DNA of 42,271 nucleotides from positions 1-42,271 of IMG/VR virus record IMGVR_UViG_3300036778_000025; one strand, given 5' to 3'. Numbering within the stretch: the first letter of the stretch is position 1; each line of letters begins with the position of its first letter. Source of the DNA: a virus (Duplodnaviria; Caudoviricetes). This document shows positions 16,999 to 26,478 of this stretch, one piece after another. The notes under the pieces were generated by a model that saw only the letters and a list, made by a program, of their open reading frames with translations, searched no databases and was not told where the DNA came from. The translations under genes were made by a program, and so were the position numbers.

Positions 16999-18039
16999 TC
17001 ACAATTTCAGGTACCAAGTCCCCAACAGCACGTTGGGGATGGTCGAGAATCCCTGGCCGCCGCCGCTGAGCGTGCCGGACGTGGCTGCGCTGATCGAGCC
17101 GCCGGTGACGGTCACCGGGACAGTTATGCCGCCCGTTTGAGACAGCCCGGCAAAAGGCTGCGTTCCCGCCGCACCCGACCCCGCCGCGCCCCAGGTGCGG
17201 TTGTCGGTGATTGTGGTGGTCAGGCTCAGCGGCGAATTGGGTAAGTTGGCCTGACTGATTATATTATTATTGATGCCGGCGACGCCGTTGGGCGTAGTCG
17301 GGGTATCGCCCGAGCCGGTCATGTTGCCGGCGAGGATGCGCCCGGAGGCGCTCGCGCCCATATCGTCGAGCCCGAACGGCCCGCGCCCGCGCATGTCGGG
17401 CACAGTCATTTGAAAGTGCATACCGTAATCAGTCAAAGCGTTACCGGTACGGGGGGAACTCTGCGGGCAATGCACTTGCGGACAATTCGCATAGAGCCAG
17501 ACATACAGAGCTTGCGTATCGGGGTTAGCCCGCTGGGTCGCGCCTGAATTGGCGTCGCCGATGGTCAACCCGTTGGCTATCACCCAATCCTGCAAAGGGC
17601 CGCCGGCTGGCCGCCATTTGATGTCCCCGGTTGAGAAAATGGCCGATGCCGGCACACCCGGCGCGACGGTGCCGCCGCTGGTGGTGCCGCCGATCACCAG
17701 CATGGCTGGATAATCGAACACCACCACGCCGCCCGACGTGGTCAGGCGCACGTGCACCGATCCGGCCGGCAGGTAGAGCATCGGAATCCGGCCGGTGGTG
17801 TCGGCTTGCAGCGGCCACGGGTTCTGGATGGTGAGCGCCGAGTCCTGGAAGCTGACCAGGGGCGCCGAGACAGTGCCGGCGACGTAGGTGTAGAGCAATG
17901 CGCCGATCAGCGGCCGGCCGTTAACGTCGACCTGTTGCGCCAGGGCAACAGGGATTGTCCCTTGGGCCTGGGCGGCTTGACCACAAAATAGAATGCCCAA
18001 CATAATCAGCAGCGCCGCAAGGGCGCGGCGCGGGTTCAC
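16999..18039 (-). CDS. Tail fibre: signal peptide, P22-tailspike-type particle-binding domain, tail-collar domain
   Basis: (M)NPRRALAALLIMLGILFCGQAAQA|Q; QQVDVNGRPLIGALLYTYVAGT...NPWPLQADTTGR; TGDIK...WVIANGLTIG...VPDMRGRGPFG. Start could be 18039 (GTG) or 18069. Confidence 0.8.
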   Translation of the reverse strand: MNPRRALAALLIMLGILFCGQAAQAQGTIPVALAQQVDVNGRPLIGALLYTYVAGTVSAPLVSFQDSALTIQNPWPLQADTTGRIPMLYLPAGSVHVRLTTSGGVVVFDYPAMLVIGGTTSGGTVAPGVPASAIFSTGDIKWRPAGGPLQDWVIANGLTIGDANSGATQRANPDTQALYVWLYANCPQVHCPQSSPRTGNALTDYGMHFQMTVPDMRGRGPFGLDDMGASASGRILAGNMTGSGDTPTTPNGVAGINNNIISQANLPNSPLSLTTTITDNRTWGAAGSGAAGTQPFAGLSQTGGITVPVTVTGGSISAATSGTLSGGGQGFSTIPNVLLGTWYLKL

Positions 18040-18043
18040 GATT

Positions 18044-18059
18044 CGTTTCACGTGAAACA
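18044..18059. promoter_or_regulatory. parS: Chromosomal-type parS site (ParB binding)
   Basis: CGTTTCACGTGAAACA matches TGTTTCACGTGAAACA at 15/16; an overlapping 13/16 copy lies at 18053-18068. Confidence 0.75.
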
Positions 18060-18088
18060 CGTGAAACATGCGAGCGAGGGTCAAAAGC

Positions 18089-18607
18089 ATGCGCGACATT
18101 GTCGACTTCATTGGAGACTCGATTTTCTGGATCATGTTTTTCTGGCCGGCGATCAGCACGCTGTTAGCCGTGGGCGTCGTCTGGTTCATGATCTGGCTAT
18201 TCTTCTTTCGCGTAGGCCGCCCCGATAGCAGCAGCCGCCTTACGCGCCCCTATGTCCTGAGCCCCGACCCGGGCGACGCCGCCGGTTGCGGCCCGCAGGG
18301 CGTCGAACAACACTGGACTTTTGCGGACTATCGCGATTCCTTTGTCGAGCGCCCCCGGATCAGTCGACGCCAGGAGCTCGCCAACGCGCGCAGCGACGCG
18401 TTCGTCGACCAACTTTACACCGCGATGGGCCGCACCCGCGATCAACGCCCCGGCGATCACGTGCGGAATACTGACGTCATGCTCTTTAAGCCCCTCAAAG
18501 GCGGCAACCCCGCCGCCGGCCAAGCCCATCTCGGCAAGCTGCCGGGCGGTGGTGGAATTACCGAGCGCTTGGCGCGCCTTGTCGACCACCGTCTCGACCC
18601 GAAGTAG
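18089..18607 (+). CDS. Possible antisense membrane protein
   Basis: Very hydrophobic N-terminus IFWIMFFWPAISTLLAVGVVWFMIWLFFF fills the gap between late genes; the remainder is antisense to the ejection gene. Confidence 0.35.
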   Translation: MRDIVDFIGDSIFWIMFFWPAISTLLAVGVVWFMIWLFFFRVGRPDSSSRLTRPYVLSPDPGDAAGCGPQGVEQHWTFADYRDSFVERPRISRRQELANARSDAFVDQLYTAMGRTRDQRPGDHVRNTDVMLFKPLKGGNPAAGQAHLGKLPGGGGITERLARLVDHRLDPK

Positions 18608-20374
18608 CGCCTCCAGTTTGGCGGCGCGCTCGGGACCGAGCGCCAGCGCAATCCGCTTGCGTGCGTCATCGTTATTGAGAAAAACCGAGTTGATGACGTT
18701 CTGGCGATCATTGGTGCGCTCGATCTTGTCGGCCAGATCGGAGGCAAAGCCGCGGGCGAACAGCTCGCGCTCGACCGGCGAGAATTGCTGTAATCCGCGT
18801 ATCGCGTCGGGAATTTTCATGCCCGACATGACGAATTTTTGCCCAGCCTCGAGCGCGTTCTCCGCGCCAAAGAACATCTTTGCGGTGCCGCGCGCCGCGC
18901 CATATTCCGGCACAATGCTGTCGAGCTCGTTTTTGAGTTGGCGCGCGAGATCGTTGTAGAGCCCGGCGCTTTGACTGCCGGGGGGTGCGGCGCGCGCCTT
19001 GTCCTGCAGTTCGCGCGCGGCATAGTCCCAAAGCTGAATATTCGGGTATGCCGGCAGGCCCTTGCCGCCGGTCTTGATCAGGCCGCCGCCCTCGATGCGA
19101 AATGGCGGGTTCATGGCCCCATAGCCGTCGCGCACCGCGTAGTTTTTCCATTTCGAGATCGCCCCGGACAGTGCCCGTTGCACGTAAGGCGCGGCCGTCA
19201 GCCGCTCCAGTTCCGGCGACCAGATTTGCTTATCGCCGGCCGCGTAGGCGCGCTGATAGGCCGGCCGATTGGCCTCGCGCGCGGCGTTCTCGATCGCCAC
19301 CGCGTCGTCAGCGGCATTGCCGCCGCCCGTCATATTGCGAATGAAACCAGCAACCCGCGGCGATTGCTGCGCAAACCGCGCCGATGTCATTTCCTCCAGG
19401 GCCGAACGCGCCTCTGGCGACGTGTTCGCCGCCGACCGCGCCAGCGCCCGGGTGCGCTCGCCGCCGACGTCAACGATCGCCTGCGGGGTTCCCGCCTCCG
19501 CGCCCGCAGCGGACATTTCCGGCGTGAATGGCTGACCTTGGCGCGCAAGATCGCTTTGCAAGGCGCTGGCCACGCGCCGGCTTGCCTCCGTCTCCACATC
19601 GCGGACGCCGCGGGCAATTCCGAGCACTTTCGATCCGAGCCCGCCGAGCCCTTCCAGTGCGCCACCGGCGGCGCCACCGAACAGCGCCCCGGTGCCCGCG
19701 CCTTCAGCCCCCGCCAGCGCCACATCTTGCGGCGATTGCCCTTCACTGACCGCCTGCCCGGCACTCAAAGCCCCACCGCCGACAGCGCCGCGCGAGGCCG
19801 CCTGTGCGAGCCGGCCGGTGACGCTAGCGCCGCCCCCGATGCCGGGTATCGGCAACGCGATCGCCGCGCCAAGCTGGCCGGCCAGAAACGGCAGCGGATG
19901 CTGCTCGCTCGCCAGCCGCTGGTCTTCGGCCGCGGCCTTGCGGCCACGCTCGTAAGCTTCCTTGACGGTCTTGTCGGGATGGCTGGAAAACACATTCCCG
20001 AGCATCTTGGCGGCGCCGACCACGGGCGCAAAATCATGTGCCGCCTGCGATTGGTTCCATTCTGGCCCGGCCGCTGCGGCCAGCCCTTCCGCCGCCGGAC
20101 CGAGGCCAAAGGTCAGCATTTCTGCCGCACCGCGCCCGACCGCCTCGCCGGTGCCGATGTCTCGCGCCGCCGGTTGCTGTTGCGCCTCGGGGTTCCAGTC
20201 GGGCAGTGCCTGGAACGGGTCGCCGGTCGGTGGCGCACCCGGCGCCTGATCCTGCGCCTTTTGCGTCGGCGCCTGCCAATCCGGTAACGCTGCAAACGGA
20301 TCACCGCCCTGGCCACCGCGCAACCGCACCTGAATGTCGACGGGAGCGCGGGCGCCAGGATCGAGAAACGTCAT
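18197..20374 (-). CDS. Large ejection (DNA transfer) protein, P22 gp16 position
   Basis: 725 aa, Gly/Ala-rich helical, DPF.ALPDW repeats; third gene of the ejection trio. Confidence 0.7.
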   Translation of the reverse strand: MTFLDPGARAPVDIQVRLRGGQGGDPFAALPDWQAPTQKAQDQAPGAPPTGDPFQALPDWNPEAQQQPAARDIGTGEAVGRGAAEMLTFGLGPAAEGLAAAAGPEWNQSQAAHDFAPVVGAAKMLGNVFSSHPDKTVKEAYERGRKAAAEDQRLASEQHPLPFLAGQLGAAIALPIPGIGGGASVTGRLAQAASRGAVGGGALSAGQAVSEGQSPQDVALAGAEGAGTGALFGGAAGGALEGLGGLGSKVLGIARGVRDVETEASRRVASALQSDLARQGQPFTPEMSAAGAEAGTPQAIVDVGGERTRALARSAANTSPEARSALEEMTSARFAQQSPRVAGFIRNMTGGGNAADDAVAIENAAREANRPAYQRAYAAGDKQIWSPELERLTAAPYVQRALSGAISKWKNYAVRDGYGAMNPPFRIEGGGLIKTGGKGLPAYPNIQLWDYAARELQDKARAAPPGSQSAGLYNDLARQLKNELDSIVPEYGAARGTAKMFFGAENALEAGQKFVMSGMKIPDAIRGLQQFSPVERELFARGFASDLADKIERTNDRQNVINSVFLNNDDARKRIALALGPERAAKLEALLRVETVVDKARQALGNSTTARQLAEMGLAGGGVAAFEGLKEHDVSIPHVIAGALIAGAAHRGVKLVDERVAARVGELLASTDPGALDKGIAIVRKSPVLFDALRAATGGVARVGAQDIGARKAAAAIGAAYAKEE

Positions 20375-22134
20375 GGCAAGGGCACCAGCCGGCCGTCAGG
20401 AGCGCGCAGCGCCTCGCCCGGCTTCAATCCCATGGAGAGGCCCCAATTGTGGATATCGGCGGGCGTGCGCAGGCCCGCGGGAGCCGTTGGGGCGCCGAGG
20501 GTTTCCGGGTGCGCCTTTTCTTGCTCGGAAAACGGCTGATTGTTTTTCACGAAATCGGCCAGCCGCTTATCGAACGCCTGATCGAGATAAGGATGCGGCA
20601 CGCCGCGCTGCCGCTGCTCGGCGAGATAGCGGTTTGCCTCATCAAAGATTTTGCCTTTGAAATCGCCGATGCGACTTTCAATTTCCAGCAGTGCGCGATT
20701 GCCGTTTTTCGTGGTTTCCAGCCCCGGAATGGCCTTTTCGATCGTCTCGATCGTCTGCGCGTACATCCGGCCCGCGTTCTGCCCCGCCTCGCCCATTTGC
20801 GTTTTTTGATTGGCGATTACCTGCAAAACGTTCTGTGCGCGCAGTTTGCCGAACATCTCCTGCAATTGCGCCTTGCGCGGATCGCCGCCCAGTGTCGCCA
20901 GCGCGCGATTGAAATCGAGCGAGCGCTCGCCGCCGGTGCCGGAATAAAATTGCGGATTGTTGACGATCGATTTGCCCAGATCGAGGATCGGCTTCAGGTC
21001 GCGTTGGTGCTGCAGCGCTGTTTCCTTGATGGCTTGATACATTTCCTGGCCGGCTTTGACCTCGCCCTTGCCGGCCTCCTCGCCCAGCGCCGCTGCCTGT
21101 GGTGATGCATATCCGGCTTGCCGCGCTTCCTTTTGCGCCCCGGTGGGCTCGGCCTCCTGCTTGAGCGCGTCGTCGATCTCTTTGGCCTTGTCGAGATAGA
21201 GTTGCGCGCGTTGCAGCTTCGCCTTGTTGTCAAAGCTCAGCGGCCCGATTTTCAGTTCCGGGCCAATGCCCTTCATGAGCTCATTGCCGTAGGACCGCAG
21301 CCGGTCGGCATAGCCGCGCGGGTCGGCCCGGAACTGCGGCGGCACCAGCGCGGCGGCAGCGGAAACGCCCGCAGGCGCCCCAGGCGCGGGCGCTGGTGCG
21401 TTTTGCGCGATCTGCTGTGGTGGCGCAGCCTCCGGGGTCGGCGCCGCACCACCGGCCGTCTGTACGGCTTGCGGCTGGCCGCTCGGCATGAAATTCGGGT
21501 CGGTGCTGGCGGTCTGCTGGCCCGGGGCGCCAATGCCGGTGCGATTGCCAATGCCGACCTTGGCCGCCCCCTTGTACGGCGACCAGCCGGTGCGAGCGGC
21601 ATTCTGCAGCGCCCACGAGATGGTTGCCTTCTCGTTCGCTGGATCGGCCGGATCGAGCCCGGTCTGCTTCTGGAATTCGTTGCCTAGGCCGCCGCCGGTA
21701 TAAAGCTGGAACGCGCCGTGTGACTTGCCGCTGTCGCCGACCGGATTGCTCAACCCTTCCGACATGGCGACGCGCAGCGCGACGTTCGGATCGACGCCGT
21801 ATTTCGCGGCTTCCGAGCGGATGAACGGGGCGAGCCCGCGCGGATCGGCAGCGGAACCAGAGGCCGCCGCCTGGGCAGACGCGGCCCCTGGTCCGCCCCC
21901 ACCCAACGGATCAGGTGCAGATGGCCCGCCGGACCCCTGACCACCGGGCAGGTAATTCTGCAAAAAGCTGTTTTGCAGGTTGAGGTTTCGGATCGCGGCT
22001 TGCTGCTGCAGCCCCTGCAGATAGTCCTGCGGCAGATTGCCGAGCAACGCGCCGAGTTGCATGCCGATCTGCGGCGGCCCGTAGCTCAATGGCTGCGGTG
22101 AGCCCGGCAGCGAAACGTTATCCCAGGCGGGCAT
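20371..22134 (-). CDS. Ejection protein with lysozyme/lytic-transglycosylase-like domain
   Basis: IRSEAAKYGVDPNVALRVAMSEG...SHGAFQLY. Confidence 0.75.
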   Translation of the reverse strand: MPAWDNVSLPGSPQPLSYGPPQIGMQLGALLGNLPQDYLQGLQQQAAIRNLNLQNSFLQNYLPGGQGSGGPSAPDPLGGGGPGAASAQAAASGSAADPRGLAPFIRSEAAKYGVDPNVALRVAMSEGLSNPVGDSGKSHGAFQLYTGGGLGNEFQKQTGLDPADPANEKATISWALQNAARTGWSPYKGAAKVGIGNRTGIGAPGQQTASTDPNFMPSGQPQAVQTAGGAAPTPEAAPPQQIAQNAPAPAPGAPAGVSAAAALVPPQFRADPRGYADRLRSYGNELMKGIGPELKIGPLSFDNKAKLQRAQLYLDKAKEIDDALKQEAEPTGAQKEARQAGYASPQAAALGEEAGKGEVKAGQEMYQAIKETALQHQRDLKPILDLGKSIVNNPQFYSGTGGERSLDFNRALATLGGDPRKAQLQEMFGKLRAQNVLQVIANQKTQMGEAGQNAGRMYAQTIETIEKAIPGLETTKNGNRALLEIESRIGDFKGKIFDEANRYLAEQRQRGVPHPYLDQAFDKRLADFVKNNQPFSEQEKAHPETLGAPTAPAGLRTPADIHNWGLSMGLKPGEALRAPDGRLVPLP

Positions 22135-22851
22135 TTATCGACCCCCGAACAGGCCGCTGAGCAGATTGCCGCCAAACGTGCCGCCGCTGCCGGCGCCGGC
22201 GCCACCGCTGACTCCAAGCTTGCCGAGCCCGAGCAGTGCGCCGAGCAGGTTGCCCGAGGCGCCGTACTGCGCCAGGTCGGCGTTGGCCTGGGCGTTGCCG
22301 ATGCCCGCCTGCGTGCCATAGGCCGCCGCGCCCTGCGTATTGAGATTCTGGTTGATGCCCTGGCCAAGCCCGGAAAACAGCGTGCCGATGCCGCCGGCAG
22401 CGCTGTTCGCCGCCCCGAGGAACGGCTGCAGATTGGTTAGGAACTGGTTCCAGCCCTGATTGGCCAAGCCGCTCGAGTAATTCGCCACCGCGGCGTCGGT
22501 ATTGCCCGAGCCGAGCATGCCCGACGCCGCCTGATTGCGATCGACGTTCTGGATTCCCTGCTGCAATTGGAACTGATAGCCGGGGTTGTTCTGAAATCCG
22601 GCCGTTGCCGCCGCATTGCCGGCCGCCCCGCCGAGCCCGAGCGCGTTCATCAGTTGCTGAACGCCGCCCTGCGCCTGCTGGTAATTCTGCTGATAGGGCT
22701 GCAGCGCCTGGCCGTAGTTGCTGGCCAGGGTCTGATTGCCGGCGCCGAGCAAGCTGGACAGTTGGCCATAGCCTTGCTGCAGGCCCTGCTGCTGTGCCTG
22801 TGCCGCCTGATCCGCCGGACCGGTGGAGAACACGTCGAACAACCCGGCCAT
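22135..22851 (-). CDS. DNA transfer/pilot protein, P22 gp7-like
   Basis: FQNNPGYQFQLQQG...AASGMLGSGNT; Gly/Gln/Ala-rich. Confidence 0.8.
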   Translation of the reverse strand: MAGLFDVFSTGPADQAAQAQQQGLQQGYGQLSSLLGAGNQTLASNYGQALQPYQQNYQQAQGGVQQLMNALGLGGAAGNAAATAGFQNNPGYQFQLQQGIQNVDRNQAASGMLGSGNTDAAVANYSSGLANQGWNQFLTNLQPFLGAANSAAGGIGTLFSGLGQGINQNLNTQGAAAYGTQAGIGNAQANADLAQYGASGNLLGALLGLGKLGVSGGAGAGSGGTFGGNLLSGLFGGR

Positions 22852-23387
22852 TATGATAACCTCGCAAATGCGCCATGAAGCTCGAGGCGCGCTTTGTTGA
22901 TTGCCTTTGTCGCCGCTTCGATCGTGCTAAATCTGCCAATGCGTCTTTGTCGTTTGCCAATGGCGAGTTGGGCGCTCCATTTTTTTGCTTCGATATCCCA
23001 GCAAACCCCCTTGACGCCGCTCGTATTGTCTCGGCGCAATTTTGAATTATGGATGTTCTGACCGTTGCTTGCTGCGCGCAGATTGCTCCACCGATTATCG
23101 AGACGATTTCCGTTGCGGTGATCAATCTGCTCTGTCGGTTCTTCCCCGGTCATAATTTTCCAAATAATGCGTTGCGCCAGATAGTAAGTCGGCTTTGCAT
23201 TTGTCTTGATTCCAATCGTCAGGTACCCGCGCATAGTGACGGTTCCGGCCGGCTTTGAGCAGATGTTGTATCCGCGCCCGAGCCTTTTGCGCCAAAAGAC
23301 AGCGCCTGTTTCCGGGTTATAATCAAACAGTCTCAGCAATTCTTCCCGATCAGGAAGTGCCTTTATCGGTGCACGTTTTCCCGCCAT
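22851..23387 (-). CDS. Free-standing HNH homing endonuclease with AP2-like C-terminus
   Basis: IDHRNGNRLDNRWSNLR, NTSGVKGV and IGRFST motifs; lower GC. Confidence 0.9.
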   Translation of the reverse strand: MAGKRAPIKALPDREELLRLFDYNPETGAVFWRKRLGRGYNICSKPAGTVTMRGYLTIGIKTNAKPTYYLAQRIIWKIMTGEEPTEQIDHRNGNRLDNRWSNLRAASNGQNIHNSKLRRDNTSGVKGVCWDIEAKKWSAQLAIGKRQRRIGRFSTIEAATKAINKARLELHGAFARLS

Positions 23388-23398
23388 GGCTTATCCGT

Positions 23399-24787
23399 TC
23401 AGGTTGCCGGGTTGAGCAGTTCCATCTGGTTCGCCGAGAGGTGATAGCGCAGAATGAGCTCATGCCCGGCGCCGTGAATGTCGTTGGCGGCCAAGGCTAG
23501 GCCGCCCTTTTTGGTAATGCCGCAATTGATGATGTCGGAACCGCGGTTCTGGATGCGGATGGCCGGCGTAGTGGCGGCATTTGCCCCCGGCGCCCGCACA
23601 AAGAACAGCTTGCCGTCCGGCGCGTTATCGAAGGTCTGCGCGAAGTTGGCGACCAAGGCGTCACCGGTGCCGGTGCCGACCACCCACGGCGGCTGTTGCG
23701 CGCTGTCATTGCTGTCAATCAGGTTATCCAGCGCCGGGGCGACCGCGCCGTTGCCCTCGTACAGCCGCACATAGTTGGCGCGGGCGAAATTGCCGATGGT
23801 GCCCGAGTTCGCGAACTGAGTCGCCCAAAATGCGGTGTCGACGCCGTCGAGGTAGTTCGATTCCGGCCAGTTCAGTAGCACTGAATAATCGAGTTTTACC
23901 GCCGTCGCGCCCGCAACCGTGCCCGTCACGCCGCTGTAGAAATGCACGCCGACGAAATGATTGCTGTCGCAACCCTGCAGATTAAGCCCGGTTTCCGATC
24001 CGCTGTTGCCGGCGATGATCGTCGTATTGAAAAACATGTTGTAGCAGGAATTTGCCGGCTGACCGGAGCCAACCCCGATCCCGATGCCGGTCAGCAACAG
24101 GGCGAGCGCGCCGGAAACCGCCGGATTGAGAATCGTCAGATTGCTAAACGTGTTGTGCATCGAATTGGCGATCGCCGCACCAAAGTTGCCATAGGCGGTG
24201 AGTTCCACGCCGGTCTTGCAGCCGGTAACGGTCAGGAACCGGCACTCGCCGTTCTGCCCGGCGACGACCTTCAGCCCGGTCACGCCGGCCACGCTCTGGC
24301 CATCGAGCAGGATGTTCTCGATGCCCCACCCCACCAATGGGCCGGCGATCTGCACCATGGGCGTGTTGGTCGGGCCGACCCATTTGAACGTGACCGGGGT
24401 TGCGGCGGGTGTCCCCAGGCCGCCGCCGGCGGTCGACGGCACCCCCATGCCGACGATGCGCACGCCCTGGAACGTGCTGACGGCGCTGGACGTGCCGTTG
24501 CCCAGCATGAGCGACGCATCGAGCGCGATGGTAGAGCCGCCGGGGATGGTGATGGTTCCGCCCCCGGCGCTCCCCACTTGGGCGATCGCGGCATTGAAGG
24601 CCGCGGAAGAGGCCGCGCCGCCCGTGAGGTCAACCCCGGAAAAGTCGCTGATGGATACGGTGTCGCTGCCGGCCCCGCTACGCACGAACTTGTCGAGGCT
24701 CTGGAAATACTGCACCCAAGGCAAATTGTGGTTATTGGCCTGCTGGCCAATGACCGGGGCGGTGGGCGGCGGCAGCGGCGCCAGCAT
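23399..24787 (-). CDS. Tailspike/depolymerase with right-handed beta-helix (pectate-lyase-like)
   Basis: DLTGGAASSAAFNAAIA...GGGTITIPGG; Asn/Gly-rich helix rungs; lies directly after the tail hub. Confidence 0.75.
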   Translation of the reverse strand: MLAPLPPPTAPVIGQQANNHNLPWVQYFQSLDKFVRSGAGSDTVSISDFSGVDLTGGAASSAAFNAAIAQVGSAGGGTITIPGGSTIALDASLMLGNGTSSAVSTFQGVRIVGMGVPSTAGGGLGTPAATPVTFKWVGPTNTPMVQIAGPLVGWGIENILLDGQSVAGVTGLKVVAGQNGECRFLTVTGCKTGVELTAYGNFGAAIANSMHNTFSNLTILNPAVSGALALLLTGIGIGVGSGQPANSCYNMFFNTTIIAGNSGSETGLNLQGCDSNHFVGVHFYSGVTGTVAGATAVKLDYSVLLNWPESNYLDGVDTAFWATQFANSGTIGNFARANYVRLYEGNGAVAPALDNLIDSNDSAQQPPWVVGTGTGDALVANFAQTFDNAPDGKLFFVRAPGANAATTPAIRIQNRGSDIINCGITKKGGLALAANDIHGAGHELILRYHLSANQMELLNPAT

Positions 24788-26478
24788 CAGTATTCCCTCG
24801 GATCAGTTGCCTGGGTGGCGCCGAACAGGCCGAACCACACCGGATCGGTACAGTCGACGCGCCAGCGCCGTGCCTGCGGCCCCGAGGTGCCGGTGTTCTT
24901 GACCGACACGCGGGCGAACTTGCTGCGGCGCTGAAACCCTAATGAGCGCACCAGCGGATTGCCCCAGCTATAGCCGTCATCATCCGACCAGGAGATCGCC
25001 ACCGACGGGTTGACCATGTTGGGCGGCGCGGTGATGTCGACGGCCGTTCCGCCGCTGGTCCAGGCGTTGGCGAAATGTGACCCCAGCAATTGGATCAATT
25101 CGCCGTTGATCTGATTGATCGGCCAGGTGCCGTTGGCCTCGGTGGTGCCGCCAACCCCGGACACGATGGCATAGTCGCCGTTGTTGACCTGGGTGGCGTC
25201 GTTGACGATCAGTTGGATTTCGCCATTGCCGGCGGCTTGCGCCCCCAGCACGGTCATCTGCAGCATGCGCGAATTCATCCCGACTCCGACCTCGAAATTG
25301 AAATCGGCGCGCGGGATCGCCAGCCGGTTCGGAAAACCTGCCACCGGCCCCGACTCCATGCGCGCCAGCAGCGGCATGCCGACTTCGGTATAGTTGGTGT
25401 CGTCGACGAACAGCAGCGCGCCCGTGAGGGTGTCGCCGACCAGCCACTTGCCGAATGCGGCATGTGACGACGTCGCCCGCCAACGCACGTTTGAGCCGGC
25501 GAAATTGGAGGTTCGCTCGGTCCATTTCAGGGTGTTGAGATTGACTTCCCAGGACCAGTCAGGCGAGGCGATCGACCAAAATTTCTTGCCCTGCACCACG
25601 TAGCACAGGGCATCCAGGAGCTTGCCGGCGCGCGCCGCCGCCTCGATCTGCCGGTCGAGATCGGGCGGCGATATCTTCACCGGCTGCAACTGATTGGGCG
25701 CCAAGCGCCAGACTCCAAAATCGTGCGACACAAAGCACAGATCGGCAAAGCCGGTTTCCCAGCCGGCGATGGCGGCGGGTTGCAGCAGGCCGTTGTCGAG
25801 CACTGCTAGACGCGAATAAGGGAATCCCGGCGCCGGCTGTGCGGTGTCCGAATAGATTTCACAACTCGCCGTGGTGAACGCCCAGATATATCCCGAATAG
25901 GCGATCACCCGCAGCAAGGTGACGTCGGAGCGCGCCTGACACGTCGTAAAGGTCAGCGCGTTGATGGTCAGCGAGTTGTTGTTGGTGGCAAAAATCCGGC
26001 CATCGGCGATGGAAAAGAACAGATACGAGTCCTGGAACGTCACCGAGTTGGGCTGCGGCAGTATCCCACCGGCGGTGAATGGCACCGCGGTGCCCGAGGT
26101 CAGGTCATAGGCGCCGTTGTCCGGGTCGACCACGATGATGTTGGGCGACGGCTGCAGTTGATTGCGGGCGATCGATATCTTTTTGCTGCCGTTGACGGTG
26201 CCAACATCAGTGGCGACGCCGGCGGCCGTGACCGTTACCGCCGTATCCTTCCAGAAATCATAACTGGTGTTGTTGACGATCAGGCCGCCGCGGTAGCCGC
26301 TCAGGAGGGTGCCGACGAACACGGTCAGCCCTGGTTGCCGCCGCCACACGTGCTTGTCTGCATTGGCGTCGCCCAGCGGCTCGGCCGACACGTTGATCAG
26401 CCGGCCACCGGATTCCTGCGGGTTGGCGCCCGGCGCCGATGACAACGGCCAGGGAATATCCATCGGCTGGCGTGGCAC
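24787..26478 (-). CDS. Tail hub / packaged-DNA stabilisation protein, P22 gp10-like
   Basis: GRLINV.AEP...PGL; ISWSDDDGYSWGNP..RSLG motif. Confidence 0.85.
   Translation of the reverse strand: MPRQPMDIPWPLSSAPGANPQESGGRLINVSAEPLGDANADKHVWRRQPGLTVFVGTLLSGYRGGLIVNNTSYDFWKDTAVTVTAAGVATDVGTVNGSKKISIARNQLQPSPNIIVVDPDNGAYDLTSGTAVPFTAGGILPQPNSVTFQDSYLFFSIADGRIFATNNNSLTINALTFTTCQARSDVTLLRVIAYSGYIWAFTTASCEIYSDTAQPAPGFPYSRLAVLDNGLLQPAAIAGWETGFADLCFVSHDFGVWRLAPNQLQPVKISPPDLDRQIEAAARAGKLLDALCYVVQGKKFWSIASPDWSWEVNLNTLKWTERTSNFAGSNVRWRATSSHAAFGKWLVGDTLTGALLFVDDTNYTEVGMPLLARMESGPVAGFPNRLAIPRADFNFEVGVGMNSRMLQMTVLGAQAAGNGEIQLIVNDATQVNNGDYAIVSGVGGTTEANGTWPINQINGELIQLLGSHFANAWTSGGTAVDITAPPNMVNPSVAISWSDDDGYSWGNPLVRSLGFQRRSKFARVSVKNTGTSGPQARRWRVDCTDPVWFGLFGATQATDPREY

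Noticed and set aside
18040-18189. N-terminal extension of the tail fibre given in the track (MNQTT...MFHVFHVK)
   Set aside because: FHVK is the translation of the parS palindrome; a start near 18039-18069 gives a normal leader. The exact start remains unproven.
18839-21105. Long + strand ORFs of 482 and 355 aa
   Set aside because: They are antisense shadows of the GC-rich ejection genes with no recognisable motifs.
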